Translations under genes and position numbers: made by a program | Notes under the pieces: model-generated | The model's database searches: none | Told to the model about the DNA's origin: nothing | What the model saw: only the letters and a program-made list of their open reading frames with translations | Source of the DNA: Octopus vulgaris | Taxonomy: Eukaryota | Length of the DNA: 64,000 nt | NCBI GenBank assembly: GCA_951406725.2 | Contig: OX597814.1 | Location: forward strand, 138,570,001-138,634,000 | Direction of reading: 5' to 3' | Shown: positions 1-12,000 of the stretch, piece by piece | Numbering within the stretch: position 1 is the first letter of the stretch | Layout: each line of letters starts with the position of its first letter

Positions 1-891
1 GAGAATTTATTTATAACCCAATATCACCTATCACACAAGGTCAGTTCGCTTTTGGGCACTACTGGTAACGGGTAACCCAGTGTACTGGGTTACCTGTTGC
101 ATCCACGGGGACATCGAGAAATTGATGAAATCTGGTAGAGGTTGCGCATTCGTCAGACAAATTGCCACCAGTAAAATACCTATCATGTCCCGTGAAAAGG
201 CGGCAAGTCGACAGTAGTTGAGTTTTGCTAGTTGTGTTTTGTCCCGTCGCTAGAATGTAGTAAGGGTTCGATTCCCCTGCTCACAGTATATCAGATGCAG
301 CTGTGCAGTGTTAACCAGGTAGGGGGATGTGATGAAAGAAAAATAAATAAATATATTGGTTTCAAATGTTGGCACAAGGCCAGTGCTTAACTGGTACTTA
401 CTTTATCGACCCAGAAAAGATGAAAGGCAAAATCGACCTCGTCAGAACTTTATGGTATATCACAATTAAAATATTACTAATTAGTTGAATACTCTGTAAT
501 TACTTTAAGAAGGCTATGAAGATGAAAACCCATCAAAACTAGAACTCACACGATTTTAACTTGAGCATTTTATAATCCAAAGAAAATAAAGCAAAAACGA
601 AACACGAATTAATGTTAGTTAACCATCGGTGAAATCTAATATTCAACAGTAACACATTCTTCATTCATTTACATAAGTTTTCTGTATATCAAGATAACAT
701 TCTCTGTTGTGCTAAGATATTTTGAGTTGTAAGGTATACGTTATTCTCTAGCAGTGGTGGTTATTAATCGAGAGTGATAAAACGAAAAATGTTTTGAAAA
801 GGAAAAAGGAATCGCTGATAATTTTAAAAATCGATTCTTGAAATGACTTTCCACTTTTTGATAGTGATTAAAATACGAGCAAATATGAGAA

Positions 892-996
<105 letters not shown>

Positions 997-1047
997 TACC
1001 TGTCTGTATCTGTGTGTATGTATGATATATATATTTGTATATATGGG

Positions 1048-1084
<37 letters not shown>

Positions 1085-2327
1085 GCACAGATATATATTT
1101 GTATATGTCTATATATATATGCATATACAAACGTACCTTATACACACATCTAGTTATGTGTGTATATGGGTGTCTAAGACTGCGCGTGTGCTCGGGTTTC
1201 AGTGCAAACGTTTGGATATGTGTATTATAATAATATTTACATAGGCATAACTCCCTTTTCTCCGCATCAATAAAGGTATTAAATGAATAAGAAAATTGCA
1301 ATTTAAAACTGCTTTGTGTCTTTCAACAATAATTTTTCCTCCCTTCACGAGAAACCAGAAAATCCACCTACTCTTTGCATTAGATTTATATCGATTACAG
1401 TTTCAATTGAGAAACAGTACTGATTTGATGCAATAAAATTATTTTATTGCGTGGTATCTATTTTCCCCTTATTACTGTGAATGAGATTACATTTTTGATT
1501 TCTCATCATTACTAATCTATATTTTGCTTGATAAATTGTTTTTAAATCTTGCTGAAATTTCTAGAACTATCCTCTCAGCCTACACAAAGAAGTGAAGTCT
1601 GTTTGTCACTTAAGTTGTCTAAAGCAAATAGAAATTGTGACATGTTCACGATTGCAGCTAAAGAAATATGGTCTTGGAAGAATGTATATTGATTTCTTTT
1701 GTGACTTGTGCAACCACCTAATAATATAGAAGTGAATAAAACAGCAAATTATCACTTTCATTGTTTACTTTTTATTAAGGACATATAACGTGTGAGGGAA
1801 GCAAATTATCCTTCGCTGTAGTCAGGGTAACATCGTTAGTGTCATGAAAGTAGGGAGCTACCTTTGAGTCATTGCTATTCCTAGGTTAGCACTGATCCGG
1901 GTTGCAACTCTTTCAGAAGGGTCGCTGTTATGGGTCAAATAGCAGAGACGGTGTTGTGGTTAAGGTAAGTGGCTCCCAGAACATGTCACGTGGCACACCA
2001 GTGAATGTACATATCGTGATCTCACGTAAACCAATTCCTCTGCGGAGTTTCGCATGGATGACTGTGGTCACCAGCGCCTATGGCAATGACACATGAAGAT
2101 ATATGTGTGCGTATGCGTGTGAATGTGTGCATTTATATATATTCTATTTATCAACACACACGCATATATTTATTTATATGTATGTATATATATGTAATTA
2201 AGAGAAATAACCTCTATTAAGCAATTCAGTAGTGAAAGACATTATCAATATTATGTAGAAAACATTTAAATATACTATAATAAATATTATTTTAAAAATC
2301 AATAAATTAAATAAACAATTAAATAAA

Positions 2328-2446
2328 TTGACTACGCGCGTTTCGTGACTATATCTTTAAATCGATAATAATAAAATCGATACTATCAAAATTAATTCGA
2401 TTTAAAATAAATTCGATTTAAAAATATAGCCACTCTTCAGGGCTAA
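2328..2446 (-). ncRNA. Type I hammerhead ribozyme motif with long stem II (Penelope-like element terminus)
   Basis: Minus strand reads CTGAAGA (2440-2434), stem II gtggctatat/atatagtcac (10 bp), GAAA (2344-2341), palindromic stem III ACGCGCGT and a GTA triplet. Stem I is imperfect. Confidence 0.7.
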
Positions 2447-2526
2447 AATCTATGTAGATAGATAGATATATACGTATGTGTGTATATATGTATGTATATA
2501 TGTACAAATATGTATACATGTATGTA

Positions 2527-2935
2527 TTCTTTTATACTTTTATTCTTTTATTTGTGTCAGTCATTTGACTGTGGCGATGCTGGAGCACCGCCTTTAGTCG
2601 AACAAATAGACCCCAGGACTTATTCTTTGTAAGCCTAGTACTTATTCTATTGGTGTCTTTTGCCGAACCGCTAAGTTACGGGACGTAAACACACCAGCAT
2701 CGTTTGTCAAGCGATGGTGGGGCGACAAACACAGACACACAAACATATACATATACATATATATATATATACCACGAGCTTCTTTCAGTTTCCGTCTTCC
2801 AAATCCTCTCACAAGGCTTTGGTTGGCCCGAGGCTATAGTAGAAGACACTTGACCAAGGTGCCACTCAATGGAACTGAACCAGTAACCTTGTGGTTGGTA
2901 AGAAAGCTACTTACCACACAGCCACGCATGCGCCT
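2527..2935 (-). mobile_element. tRNA-derived SINE, family A (CORE-like), full length
   Basis: Minus strand has head ggctgtgtggtaag, B-box-like gggttcagttcc, ccttggtcaagtgtcttctac, an internal TA/CA tract and tail ggcggtgctccagc...gactga. Many homologous copies in the window. Confidence 0.85.
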
Positions 2936-3816
2936 AACTTGATATACTTATTACCAGTGAGCATATTTCTTACTCCAGCGATATAAATATTAATAAAATG
3001 TGCACAAACCTGTTTTTCTCGTGGAAAGAACACATTATCTATACACATTATATAAACGGTCTAACGATGAAAGATTGTCCTGAACGTTCGCTGAGGTTGC
3101 TAAAAATAACAACGAAATATCACCCTATGTTACAAAGACATGGAATATCAAAAATACAATTCTGTTTACATTGTGCTTAGAAAAATGGGATGGTTTCGCC
3201 CAGAAAAAGCTTTGATCATAGTTCGGATAAAACAGAGCTGATCTGCAGATATTAATAACTAGCTTTTCAAAAAGGTTTGGTATATTTATCTTTGTCGGAT
3301 AGGTAGGTAAATAAGTAGACGGTTGTAAAGAGGAATATATGTTTAGGAGCAGACATAGATAGAAAGAAAAACCTATTGACCGTTGATATACGAATGGATA
3401 GAATGAATAATAAATTGATACAGGAGGATAGCAAAAGATGTTTTAGAATGAAAGCGAAAAGTTATGAGATTTCAATGCAATACGTGTGACAGAGAAAGAC
3501 GTTTATTTTAAAATTCTTTTTCTAGCTTCAGTTATTGAACTTTAGCTATGTTGTGTTATCGCCTATGTTGTGTTATTGTGTGTCTTCGGGTTTTAGTATT
3601 TTCTGCACTGATTTTGAACCCAAACTTGGAGACACTCTTTCAAGATGGCAAATTAATTGAACTAATCCATCCTTGATTCCTTCTGTTCATCTATGTCAGT
3701 AAATCTTAAAATTATTTAGCTCCACCTGCAACAGCATGGTTTTCAAGGCCATCATTCACGATACCCGCCAGGAAATTGTTGAAGATACTGGCAGAAAGAA
3801 ACGCATCAGCTCTGGT

Positions 3817-4120
3817 TGTGTGGAGGCACATGGCCTAATGGTTAGAGCAGCGGACTAGCGGTCGGGGGCTCGCGGGTTCGAATCTCAGACCGGGTGATGT
3901 GTTTGTTTTTGAGCAAAACACCTAAGCTCCACGCGGCTCCGGCAGAAGGTAATGGCAAACTTCTGCTGACTCTTTCGCCACAACTTTCTCTCACTCTTTC
4001 CTCCTGCATCTTGCAGCTCACCTGCGACGGACCGGCGTCCCGTCCAGGTGGGGAACCTATGCGTCACGGAAACCGGGAAACCGGCCCTTATGAGCCAGGC
4101 ATGGCTCGAGAAGGAACAAA
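3817..4120 (+). mobile_element. tRNA-derived SINE, family C, with target-site duplication
   Basis: A box tggcctaatgg and B box ggttcgaatc. Flanked by catcagctct(g/a)gt at 3804-3816 and 4121-4133. Confidence 0.85.
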
Positions 4121-4279
4121 CATCAGCTCTAGTGGATTCCTAAGTTGATGCAGAATTACATCGTAATGGTGCTTTGTGCGTGTTTTACACTTGTTGCTTT
4201 GATATGAAATTGATATAAAATAAGTCGAATTCTGTTCCACGACGAATTTCACGAATAGAGCATCACGCAAGGATTTATC

Positions 4280-4685
4280 TTTATCTCTTATTTGTTTCAG
4301 TCATTAGACTGCGGCCAAGCTGGAGCCCGATTTTGCAGATATTTAGTCGAACGAAGCGACCCAAGTACTTACATTTTTAAACCTGGTATTTATTCTATCG
4401 ATATCTTTTGCCGAAGCGCTAGGCTATTGTGACATAAACACACCGGTTGTCAAATGGTAACGAGTCAAACACAGAGACAAAGACCACACACACACAGATA
4501 CGTACACACGCACACTCTCACACACACGCGCGCGCGCACAGAAGACGGGATCTTTTCAGTTTCTACCCACAAAATCCATTCAAAAGGCTTTGGTCGGCTC
4601 GAAGCTATAGTAGAAAATAAATGCAGTGGAATTGAACACTGAACCATGTGGTTGAGGAGCAAGCTTCCTACCACACAGTCACGTC
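4280..4685 (-). mobile_element. SINE family A copy
   Basis: Colinear with 2527-2935. Confidence 0.8.
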
Positions 4686-4699
4686 TGTGAATACATGGC

Positions 4700-5124
4700 A
4701 TTATTTCTCGCAGAGTGTGTGAAATTTGAAGAATTGCCCAGCAGTGATTCTACCATTGTAGAAGTCCGCTTGATCGTCGGCTGGAATGTTTTTTCCTAGA
4801 TGCCCCAGTCTCTTCAGGGAGATTCGCAGCATTATCTTGCCAACAGTTTCATCGAGATCTCTCACTGTAGAAATACAGAGAAATGAGATATTACGACAAA
4901 AGCTTAGACATCTTGTACTTGAAGAACATCTGAAGCGAGCAGGCCCGCGAAGCCATACACAGCATCACATTGGGTACCGTGAAGACATTACAACAGTGGA
5001 AAAAGGAGATCTGAGATTGTATGGCGATGAAACAAGCTCCATTGGCCTTGCAGAATCCATTTCTCGAAGAACTGTGGTAGAAAAAAAGGAGATACGGACA
5101 GGGGAACAGACTTGTAGGCATTAA
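4700..5124 (+). pseudogene. Decayed RTE-clade LINE, C-terminal RT region
   Basis: Frameshifted translation EMRYY...TTVEKGDLRLYGDETSSIGLAESISRRTV resembles the RTE motif EM.C.RR.L...VK.RKL.W.GH..R..GL.K.IL.G.V. Confidence 0.6.
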
Positions 5125-5450
5125 TAGTCAAGCATTGTCACAAGTTTATGCTCAAACACACATACACACACGCACGCCCCATATATATATATGCTTGGCT
5201 GATGAAGATAGATCAAGATTATGGTTGCAGACATATCTTGAAAAATCTGAAACCTGCAGGTCCCACATTATCCTTTTCCAGGTATTTCATCTTTCAGATG
5301 TTCTCCCTGGAGGTAAGACAATTTTTTCTAGTTTGTTGCACACACGCATTTTTGCTAATACATACGCGGTGAAGCTATACATTAGCATCGTATTATTACG
5401 TTCGCTATTTCCAGTAAATATCGGTACTTCGTTGTGCCATTTATTTACTT

Positions 5451-5486
<36 letters not shown>

Positions 5487-5583
5487 GGAGTAAACACATA
5501 AATGTGAAACAAGATGGAAAAAAGAGTACTCAAATACCAGTAGTAGAGTAATATGCTTTATTTTAAGCAGCAGAAAATTCAAC

Positions 5584-5630
5584 AAAATCTGTTACTCTGA
5601 GTTTCTCGTTGCCGTTCATCAGACAGTTTT
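5584..5630 (-). ncRNA. Minimal type I hammerhead ribozyme (mirror copy)
   Basis: Reverse complement of 6099-6145. Confidence 0.75.
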
Positions 5631-6098
5631 TGCTAGAATGGAACCGATATATCAATTCAATCTAGACTCTTACAAACGCTACACCTTTAAAAGAAATGGA
5701 CTTGTTTGATTGGCCCTTTAGAAAAAAACGGTCAATCTTCGAGCGATAAACAAAAAGGTTAAAAAATATATGTATATATATATAAAAAATCTTATAAAAA
5801 AATTATAAAATCCGAGGAAAAAACCTTACATTGAATAAAATACATATTGACGTTAATGAAGAAAGTATAAATTAATTCATATAAATTAAACCTGTTATAA
5901 ATATTACACTGCAATACATATTTTTATTAAAATGTGCATATTTTATATATATATACATATATTTTTTGACCTTTTTGTTTATCGCTCGAAGATTGACCGT
6001 TTTTTTCTAAAGGGCCAATCAAACAAGTCCATTTCTTTTTAAAGGTGTAGCGTTTGTAAGAGTCTAGATTGAATTGATATATCGGTTCCATTCTAGCA

Positions 6099-6145
6099 AA
6101 AACTGTCTGATGAACGGCAACGAGAAACTCAGAGTAACAGATTTT
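6099..6145 (+). ncRNA. Minimal type I hammerhead ribozyme
   Basis: aaaactgt-CTGATGA-a cg gcaa cg a-GAAA-ctcagag-TA-acagatttt: stem I ctgt/acag, short stem II with a GCAA loop, near-palindromic stem III and a GTA site. Confidence 0.75.
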
Positions 6146-6173
6146 GTTGAATTTTCTGCTGCTTAAAATAAAG

Positions 6174-6212
<39 letters not shown>

Positions 6213-7634
6213 ATGTGTGTGTGTGTCTGTGTGTATATATATATATATACACATACATGCCAGCATTCCGAACAGTTTTCATCTACTAAATACCAATTCA
6301 GAAAACAGGTATCAGCCCCAGGCCACCGTAGATGACATGTGTTCAAAGTTCCACGTAGTAAGATCGAACGCAGAACCAACTGGTTGCGAAGATAGATATT
6401 TAAGGATAGATACATAGACTATGTGCGGAAACGAGTTAACTACGCAGATGAACTGCTTATCAGAGATAGAAGTAATAAAAAGCTAATAAGAAAAGAGATG
6501 CAAAAGGAAAATGAAATAAAGCCTAAACATTAGCCGAAGTTTAGAATAATATACCCGCTTTTATCGCCTACTCCCTTGCTTTTCTTGCTCTGTCTGAATG
6601 TTATTTATAACCCATATGACCTTCGATTCATTGGAACTAATACATTTCAGAAACCTTTGTCCTTTCTGATGCATGACTACTCCCAAGCTGCCATAAACTT
6701 AACCAGTTGTAACTCTACTAAAACTTTACCTTCAAATTCAGCTGCTTGCCATATCAGTTTATATAATTACAAATATTGCTAGAATGTTGTATCCGTGTGT
6801 TAAGACACGTAAGGCCTTGAATTCCTGTTTCTGTTCGGTGGTGTTATGGTGTAATGTATGACACGAGTCAAGTGAGTTTAATGTTGTGTGTATAGCATTA
6901 ATAATGATGATAACGTTGGTATTTGAGGGGTGAGGGTCATTGGTGTAGAAGGTGATGGTGACAGGTCAAACTGGTGTAACATTACAGAAATTTATTGAAT
7001 TCCTTTTTACGGTCTTGTTCAGGTTTCTTCAGTGTCAGGAACAATATTCTCTGTTCAAAACGAAATCAATAAACAACCGAATGAGAATAATTCTGTTCTT
7101 TCTTGTATGATTTCTGCAAGTAAATGCCACGTTCTTTGTTATTTTGTACTTTAACAACTTTCGCAGAATATTTATTTAAAGATATCATTTGAAATGGCAA
7201 ATAGAAAATAATTTCTGATCAGCAGTTCTTTGAATTTTAGCATTTCATAATATTTCAAATGAGGTAACTTCTATACAGACAAGTAATCAACGAATTTTTA
7301 ATGGGAATTATTAATAAAATACAAAAGTCTTGTGTCTTCTGAAAGATGGTATAGAATATTTTAAATCTGAGTCGTCAACCTAAAATCCTAGCCATTGGTT
7401 AATTCTTTGAGGCAGTCTACTTTATTCCCAGTAGAATACTAATTAAAATAGACCTACGTTTAGATGCGTTCTAGCTATGATCACTTCGTCTTTTTTATGT
7501 CTGGTATTGAACATCTAGGACTGCGTTGTCCAATATCGGCTTCCTTTTTTACGACGATAGGGTGTAATTTGAGGTTGCTATTCATAGGAAGTCGAGCAAC
7601 CATACAGAAGCTATCTCCCTGATGTGGTGGTAGA

Positions 7635-7707
7635 GAGTATTCCATCGAAGATAAACTAAAGTACTCTCAAACAAACAGTACTTTAGTTTATCTCCGATGG
7701 AGTACTC
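7635..7707. other. 31-bp-stem hairpin (pre-miRNA-like or tiny MITE)
   Basis: Arms 7635-7665 and 7677-7707 with 29/31 Watson-Crick pairs and an 11-nt loop. Confidence 0.75.
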
Positions 7708-7720
7708 CTCCCCATCGCTC

Positions 7721-7771
<51 letters not shown>

Positions 7772-8237
7772 ATCCCTTTCAAGCAGCAAAGGTGCTGATA
7801 ATCACTTAATATAATTTACTAAGGAATAAAAGACACGAATGCTTATGGAAGGTGAAATGCGATGTTGGGACGTTGATTCATTTCCAAAAGATAAAGATGC
7901 GATTCCTGCTGGGTAATGATTTTCTTCCCCATTCTATGGCTTTCATTACTTTTCTGCTTTGCAATAAATACGGATTTCTTCTAAAAATACACTACTTCAA
8001 ATAATTACTTGAGTTGCTAATATACATGAGAGAAGATTGTGAAAGTTGTATAATGATAACTTTTCATTCGTCGAAGCTCCACAATTTATTCTCCACCTAA
8101 AGGCTTACAGTATCGTGTACAATGTATGACTGAATATAATTATTTTAAAATTATTTTTAACGTAGTATGAGATCACTTCTTTATTGCAGATTGCTTCTGT
8201 TGTAATTTGAAAAAATAAAATCAAACATTACTATATA

Positions 8238-8620
8238 AGGCATGGCTGCGTGGTTAAAAAGTTCGCTTTGGAATCACGTGGAATCTAATTCCACTGCGCA
8301 GCACCTTGGGTAAATGTCTTCTACTATAACTCCAGAATGACCAATACTCTGAATTTGGTTGACAGGATCTGTGTGGGAGTCCATCGTGTAAATATATATA
8401 TATACATACGTGTATGTATGTGTGTGTATGTGTGCGTGTTTATCTCCCACCACTTGACAATCGGTTCTCCCTTCCTTGCGCTGTCGCAACATAAACGTTC
8501 TACATAAGACACCGATGAAATCAGTACCAGACTCTTAAGAAATATGTACTGAGGTCAAGTAAACTCTTCAATGCGGTGCCTTAGCATGGCCATAGTCCAA
8601 TGACTGAAACAAGACAAAAG
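8238..8620 (+). mobile_element. SINE family A copy (diverged)
   Basis: gcagcaccttgggtaaatgtcttctactata ... gcggtgccttagcatggccatagtccaatgactgaaac. Confidence 0.75.
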
Positions 8621-9084
8621 GTATGATGAATATAAGTGTTCGAAGAATATCCAAGTTTTATAATTATATAGTTGGGACCCATAGAACAAAGCTTTATATT
8701 TCGTGTTGGTCAGGTTGCCCATAGTTTAGATAACAGTAGAGATTTACTGCTCTATATGACTACTTTCTTATTCTCTTTATTGTTAAGCTGATTATTCAAC
8801 CATCTTTCTTCCTGCTAGAGAGTAATAACCTTAAGTGATGAACTGTATTAATGAGAAAATCCGAACAGATTAACTCTTCTAATGCTATTAGTAATTCAGC
8901 CACTAAGCTGACTCGGTTTTCTTATGCTACGAATCTTTTCGTTGACTAAAATATAGTATTCCAATATCTATAAGAAGAAACTCACAAATGACTGATGTGC
9001 AAAAAAAAAAAAGCCTAAATTTATTTAGTGACTAGGTTAAGCAAGCATAATGCGATACTCATTCCCAAAACTTTTAAAGTTTAT

Positions 9085-9343
9085 ATAGAAATTAGAGTCA
9101 GCACTGATCTCTATAGAAAAATCTGTAGAAATAACTTTAAAAAAGTTAGCAGTGCTATCCAATCACTTGGATAGCACTGCTAACAAAGGAAGGACACAGT
9201 ATTAGCTTATAAGCCTTGAATACAATTGGTCGTATATTATGGTTACATAATGGAATATGGTGTCCCTACCAGCAGTTAATCTTTCAAATAAATATACTTG
9301 CCGTAATTGACCACACGACATTATGATTCTTTCCAAGACTAAG
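9085..9343 (+). repeat. Donor of a local duplication; contains an 18-bp perfect hairpin
   Basis: Near-identical to 10766-11019. Hairpin arms at 9145-9162 and 9167-9184. Confidence 0.9.
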
Positions 9344-9896
9344 AGCTATAATGAGGCATTTGTTTCTTAACGATCTAGCTTCCTTTGCGGTATCGAATTA
9401 TGATCTGAGTTCAAATCCCATCGAAGTCAGCTTTATTTTTCATCCATTTGAAGTCGAAAAGAATAATGAAGTGCCAGTCAAGTGTTTGGGTCAATGGAAT
9501 GGATTAATCAGCTCCAATTGAAATAACTTGTGCCAAAATTTGGAACCGTTTTAGCGTCAAATTCATGTTGCGAAAGACAATAAAGACAGGTATGTATGTG
9601 TGGGAAGGAGTTTGGCCTCCCAACTACAGTTGCGGCCAAAATGTTCAGAACGGCATTGTTTTCGTCAGAAAAGTAGATATAAGTTTTTATTAAAGTTGTT
9701 TTATATTCTATAATTTTCACAGACAATAAATACAATATTAATTGGTATTGTCTGAGATTTTGGTATAATTTGAGTGGATAATACAAAAGTTATGATGATA
9801 TAGTGATTTACTGCAAAACCCATGGTGGCCAAAATGATCAGAACGGTTGAAAAAATAACAAAATAATCAAAAAGTGACAGAGAATGCTGGAATTAT

Positions 9897-11149
9897 TTCA
9901 TATTTAGTGTGAAGCCCTTTAGCTTCAATCAAAGTTTGACATTTTTGACTGCATGGGGAAATTAAATTTTCAATTTCTTGCTGGGTGATCTTATTCCATT
10001 CTTCCTGAAGGGCATTCCATAATTGCTCAGTTGTTTTAGGATTTCTGGCTTTCAAACGTTCTCCTAGAATATTCCACACATTTTCAATAGGATTGAGGTC
10101 TGGGCTTTGAGCAGGCCAATCCATAACAATAACCTTTTCAGCCTTGAGGAAGTTCATGACCACCTTAGCCTTGTGACATGGGGCATTGTCCTGCATGAAT
10201 ATGGGTGGTCGCTTAGTTGAATTTCTCAGCACAGGCAAGATATGATCTTTTACAAGTTGTTTATAAACTCCTGCATTTACCTTTCCATGTAATCGCACCA
10301 AAGGGCCCACAACATCTCCAGATATCATCCCCCAAACCATGACACTTCCTCCACCGAATTTAACACTAGTCTTAAGGCATTTAGGTGACAATTTTTCACC
10401 TGCTTTTCCCATCTGAGCCAAATAACATAGACTTAGATTCATCACTGAAATGCACCGTTTGCCATTTTTCTTGAGACCACAACACATGTTCGGTTGCAAA
10501 GGTAAGACGACACTTTTTATTCTTGGAGCTGATCAGTGGCTTCACTGCAGGTGCTCTTGCTTGTAGGTCATGTTCAACTAAAGGACGAGACACAGTTTTT
10601 CGAGATAAAGTTTTCTTCAGTACAATGCTCATTTCCCGAAAAACAGCAGCAGCAGTTTTAAATCTGTCCTTTTTAACCAACTTTACCATAGCACGATCTT
10701 CTCTCTTGGTCGTTTTTCTTGGCCTACCTGTAGACTTTCTTGCTTCACACGAACCACAATCATCAATAGAAATTAGAGTCAGCACTGATCTCTATAGAAA
10801 AATCTGTAGAAATAACTTTAAAAAAGTTAGCTATCCAATCACTTGGATAGCACTGCTAACAAAGGAGGGACACAGTATTAGCTTATAAGCCTTGAATACA
10901 ATTGGTCGTATATTATGGTTACATAATGGAATATGGTGTCCCTACCAGCAGTTAATCTTTCAAATAAATATACTTGCCGTAATTGACCACACGACATTAT
11001 GATTCTTTCCAAGACTAAGGGCCATAAGAATACCGTGAACAACACTTTTTGACTTGTTAACAATCTTTGCAATAGACCTAATACTTAAATTATCCTTCTT
11101 TCGAAGCTTAATAATCTGCTGACGAATTAAAAAACGGAGTAAGTGGTAT
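9897..11149 (-). pseudogene. Tc1 DD34E transposase, disrupted
   Basis: GRPRKTT, FSDES, VMVWG, QDNAPCH and SPDLNPIENVW, with 34 residues between D and E. Broken by a 254-bp insertion and a deletion frameshift near 10405. Confidence 0.95.
10766..11019 (+). repeat. Insertion copied from 9085-9343 into the Tc1 transposase
   Basis: Absent from Tc1 copy 2 at about 47020. Differs from the donor by a 5-bp deletion and about one substitution. Confidence 0.9.
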
Positions 11150-11624
11150 TATATTAACAAAGCACACTGCAGATATTCTTACTAATGTTTAGTAAACTGT
11201 CACGTAAGCAATTTCAAAACATTAGAGTTCGACGGTTAAATATACTAAAACATGGAGTAAAAGCAACCGTTCTGATCATTTTGGCCGCCATGGGTTTTGC
11301 AGTAAATCATTATAACATCCATAACTTTTGTATTATCCTATCAAATTACACCAAAACCTCAGACAATAACAAATAATATCGTATTTATTGTCTGTGAAAA
11401 TCATAGAATATAAAACAACTTTGATAAAAACTTATACCTACTTTTCTGACGAAAACAGTGCCGTTCTGAACATTTTGGCTGCAACTATACATGCTGCTAG
11501 ATTCAGCCCCTCTGCGCAGCACTGTGATCAAATGTCTTCTACAATAGCTTCGGACCGAGCAAAAAATTGTGAGTGGATTTGGTTGACGGAAACTAATAGA
11601 TGCATGGCTGAAGTCTACTAATTG

Positions 11625-12000
11625 TATTTTATCTTTTATTATTTCAACCATTAGACTACAGCCATGATTGGGTCACTGCCTTGAAGAATTTTAGTCGAGC
11701 AAATTGATCCCTGTACTTAATTTTTATTTTTAAGCCTAGTATTTATTCTGTCAGTGTCTTTTGCCGAACCGCTAAGTCACAGAGACATAAACACACCAGT
11801 ACCGGTTGTCAAGCGGTGGTGGGGTACAATAAATACAGACACAAAGACATACAGACACATACAACGGGCTTCTTTCAGGCCCCTTCTATCAAATCCACAC
11901 TCAAGGCTTTGGTCGGCCCGAGGCTATAGTAGAAGAAACTTGTCGAAGGTGCTACGTAGTGAGACTGAACCTGAAACCATATGGTTAGGAAGTAAATTTC
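11625..12000 (-). mobile_element. SINE family A copy
   Basis: Colinear with 2527-2935. Lies opposite the Tc1-split plus-strand copy at about 11490-11600. Confidence 0.8.

Larger units (their letters stand above)
5485..6178. mobile_element. Non-coding Penelope-like foldback element in (TA)n
   Basis: Inverted arms of about 237 bp (5551-5787 / 5941-6178, about 3 differences), a unique tail at 5485-5550, (TA)n on both sides, and a hammerhead motif in each arm. Confidence 0.8.
9627..11487 (-). mobile_element. Tc1-family DNA transposon (IR/DR-type TIRs), defective, copy 1
   Basis: TA TSD, CAGTTG terminus, TIRs of about 223 bp (9627-9849, 11264-11487), each with two copies of ggccaaaatg.tcagaacgg. 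Inserted into a family A SINE head (ccaacTA|catg). Confidence 0.95.

Noticed and set aside
198-290. tRNA-like B box ggttcgattccc
   Set aside because: No cloverleaf could be formed. More likely a SINE-type head.
3817-3895. Possible tRNA gene
   Set aside because: It is the head of a TSD-flanked SINE.
5927-6415. 162-aa ORF
   Set aside because: Runs through a microsatellite and a foldback arm with no recognisable motif.
10523-10888. 121-aa plus-strand ORF (and 47020-47298)
   Set aside because: Antisense shadow of the Tc1 transposase.
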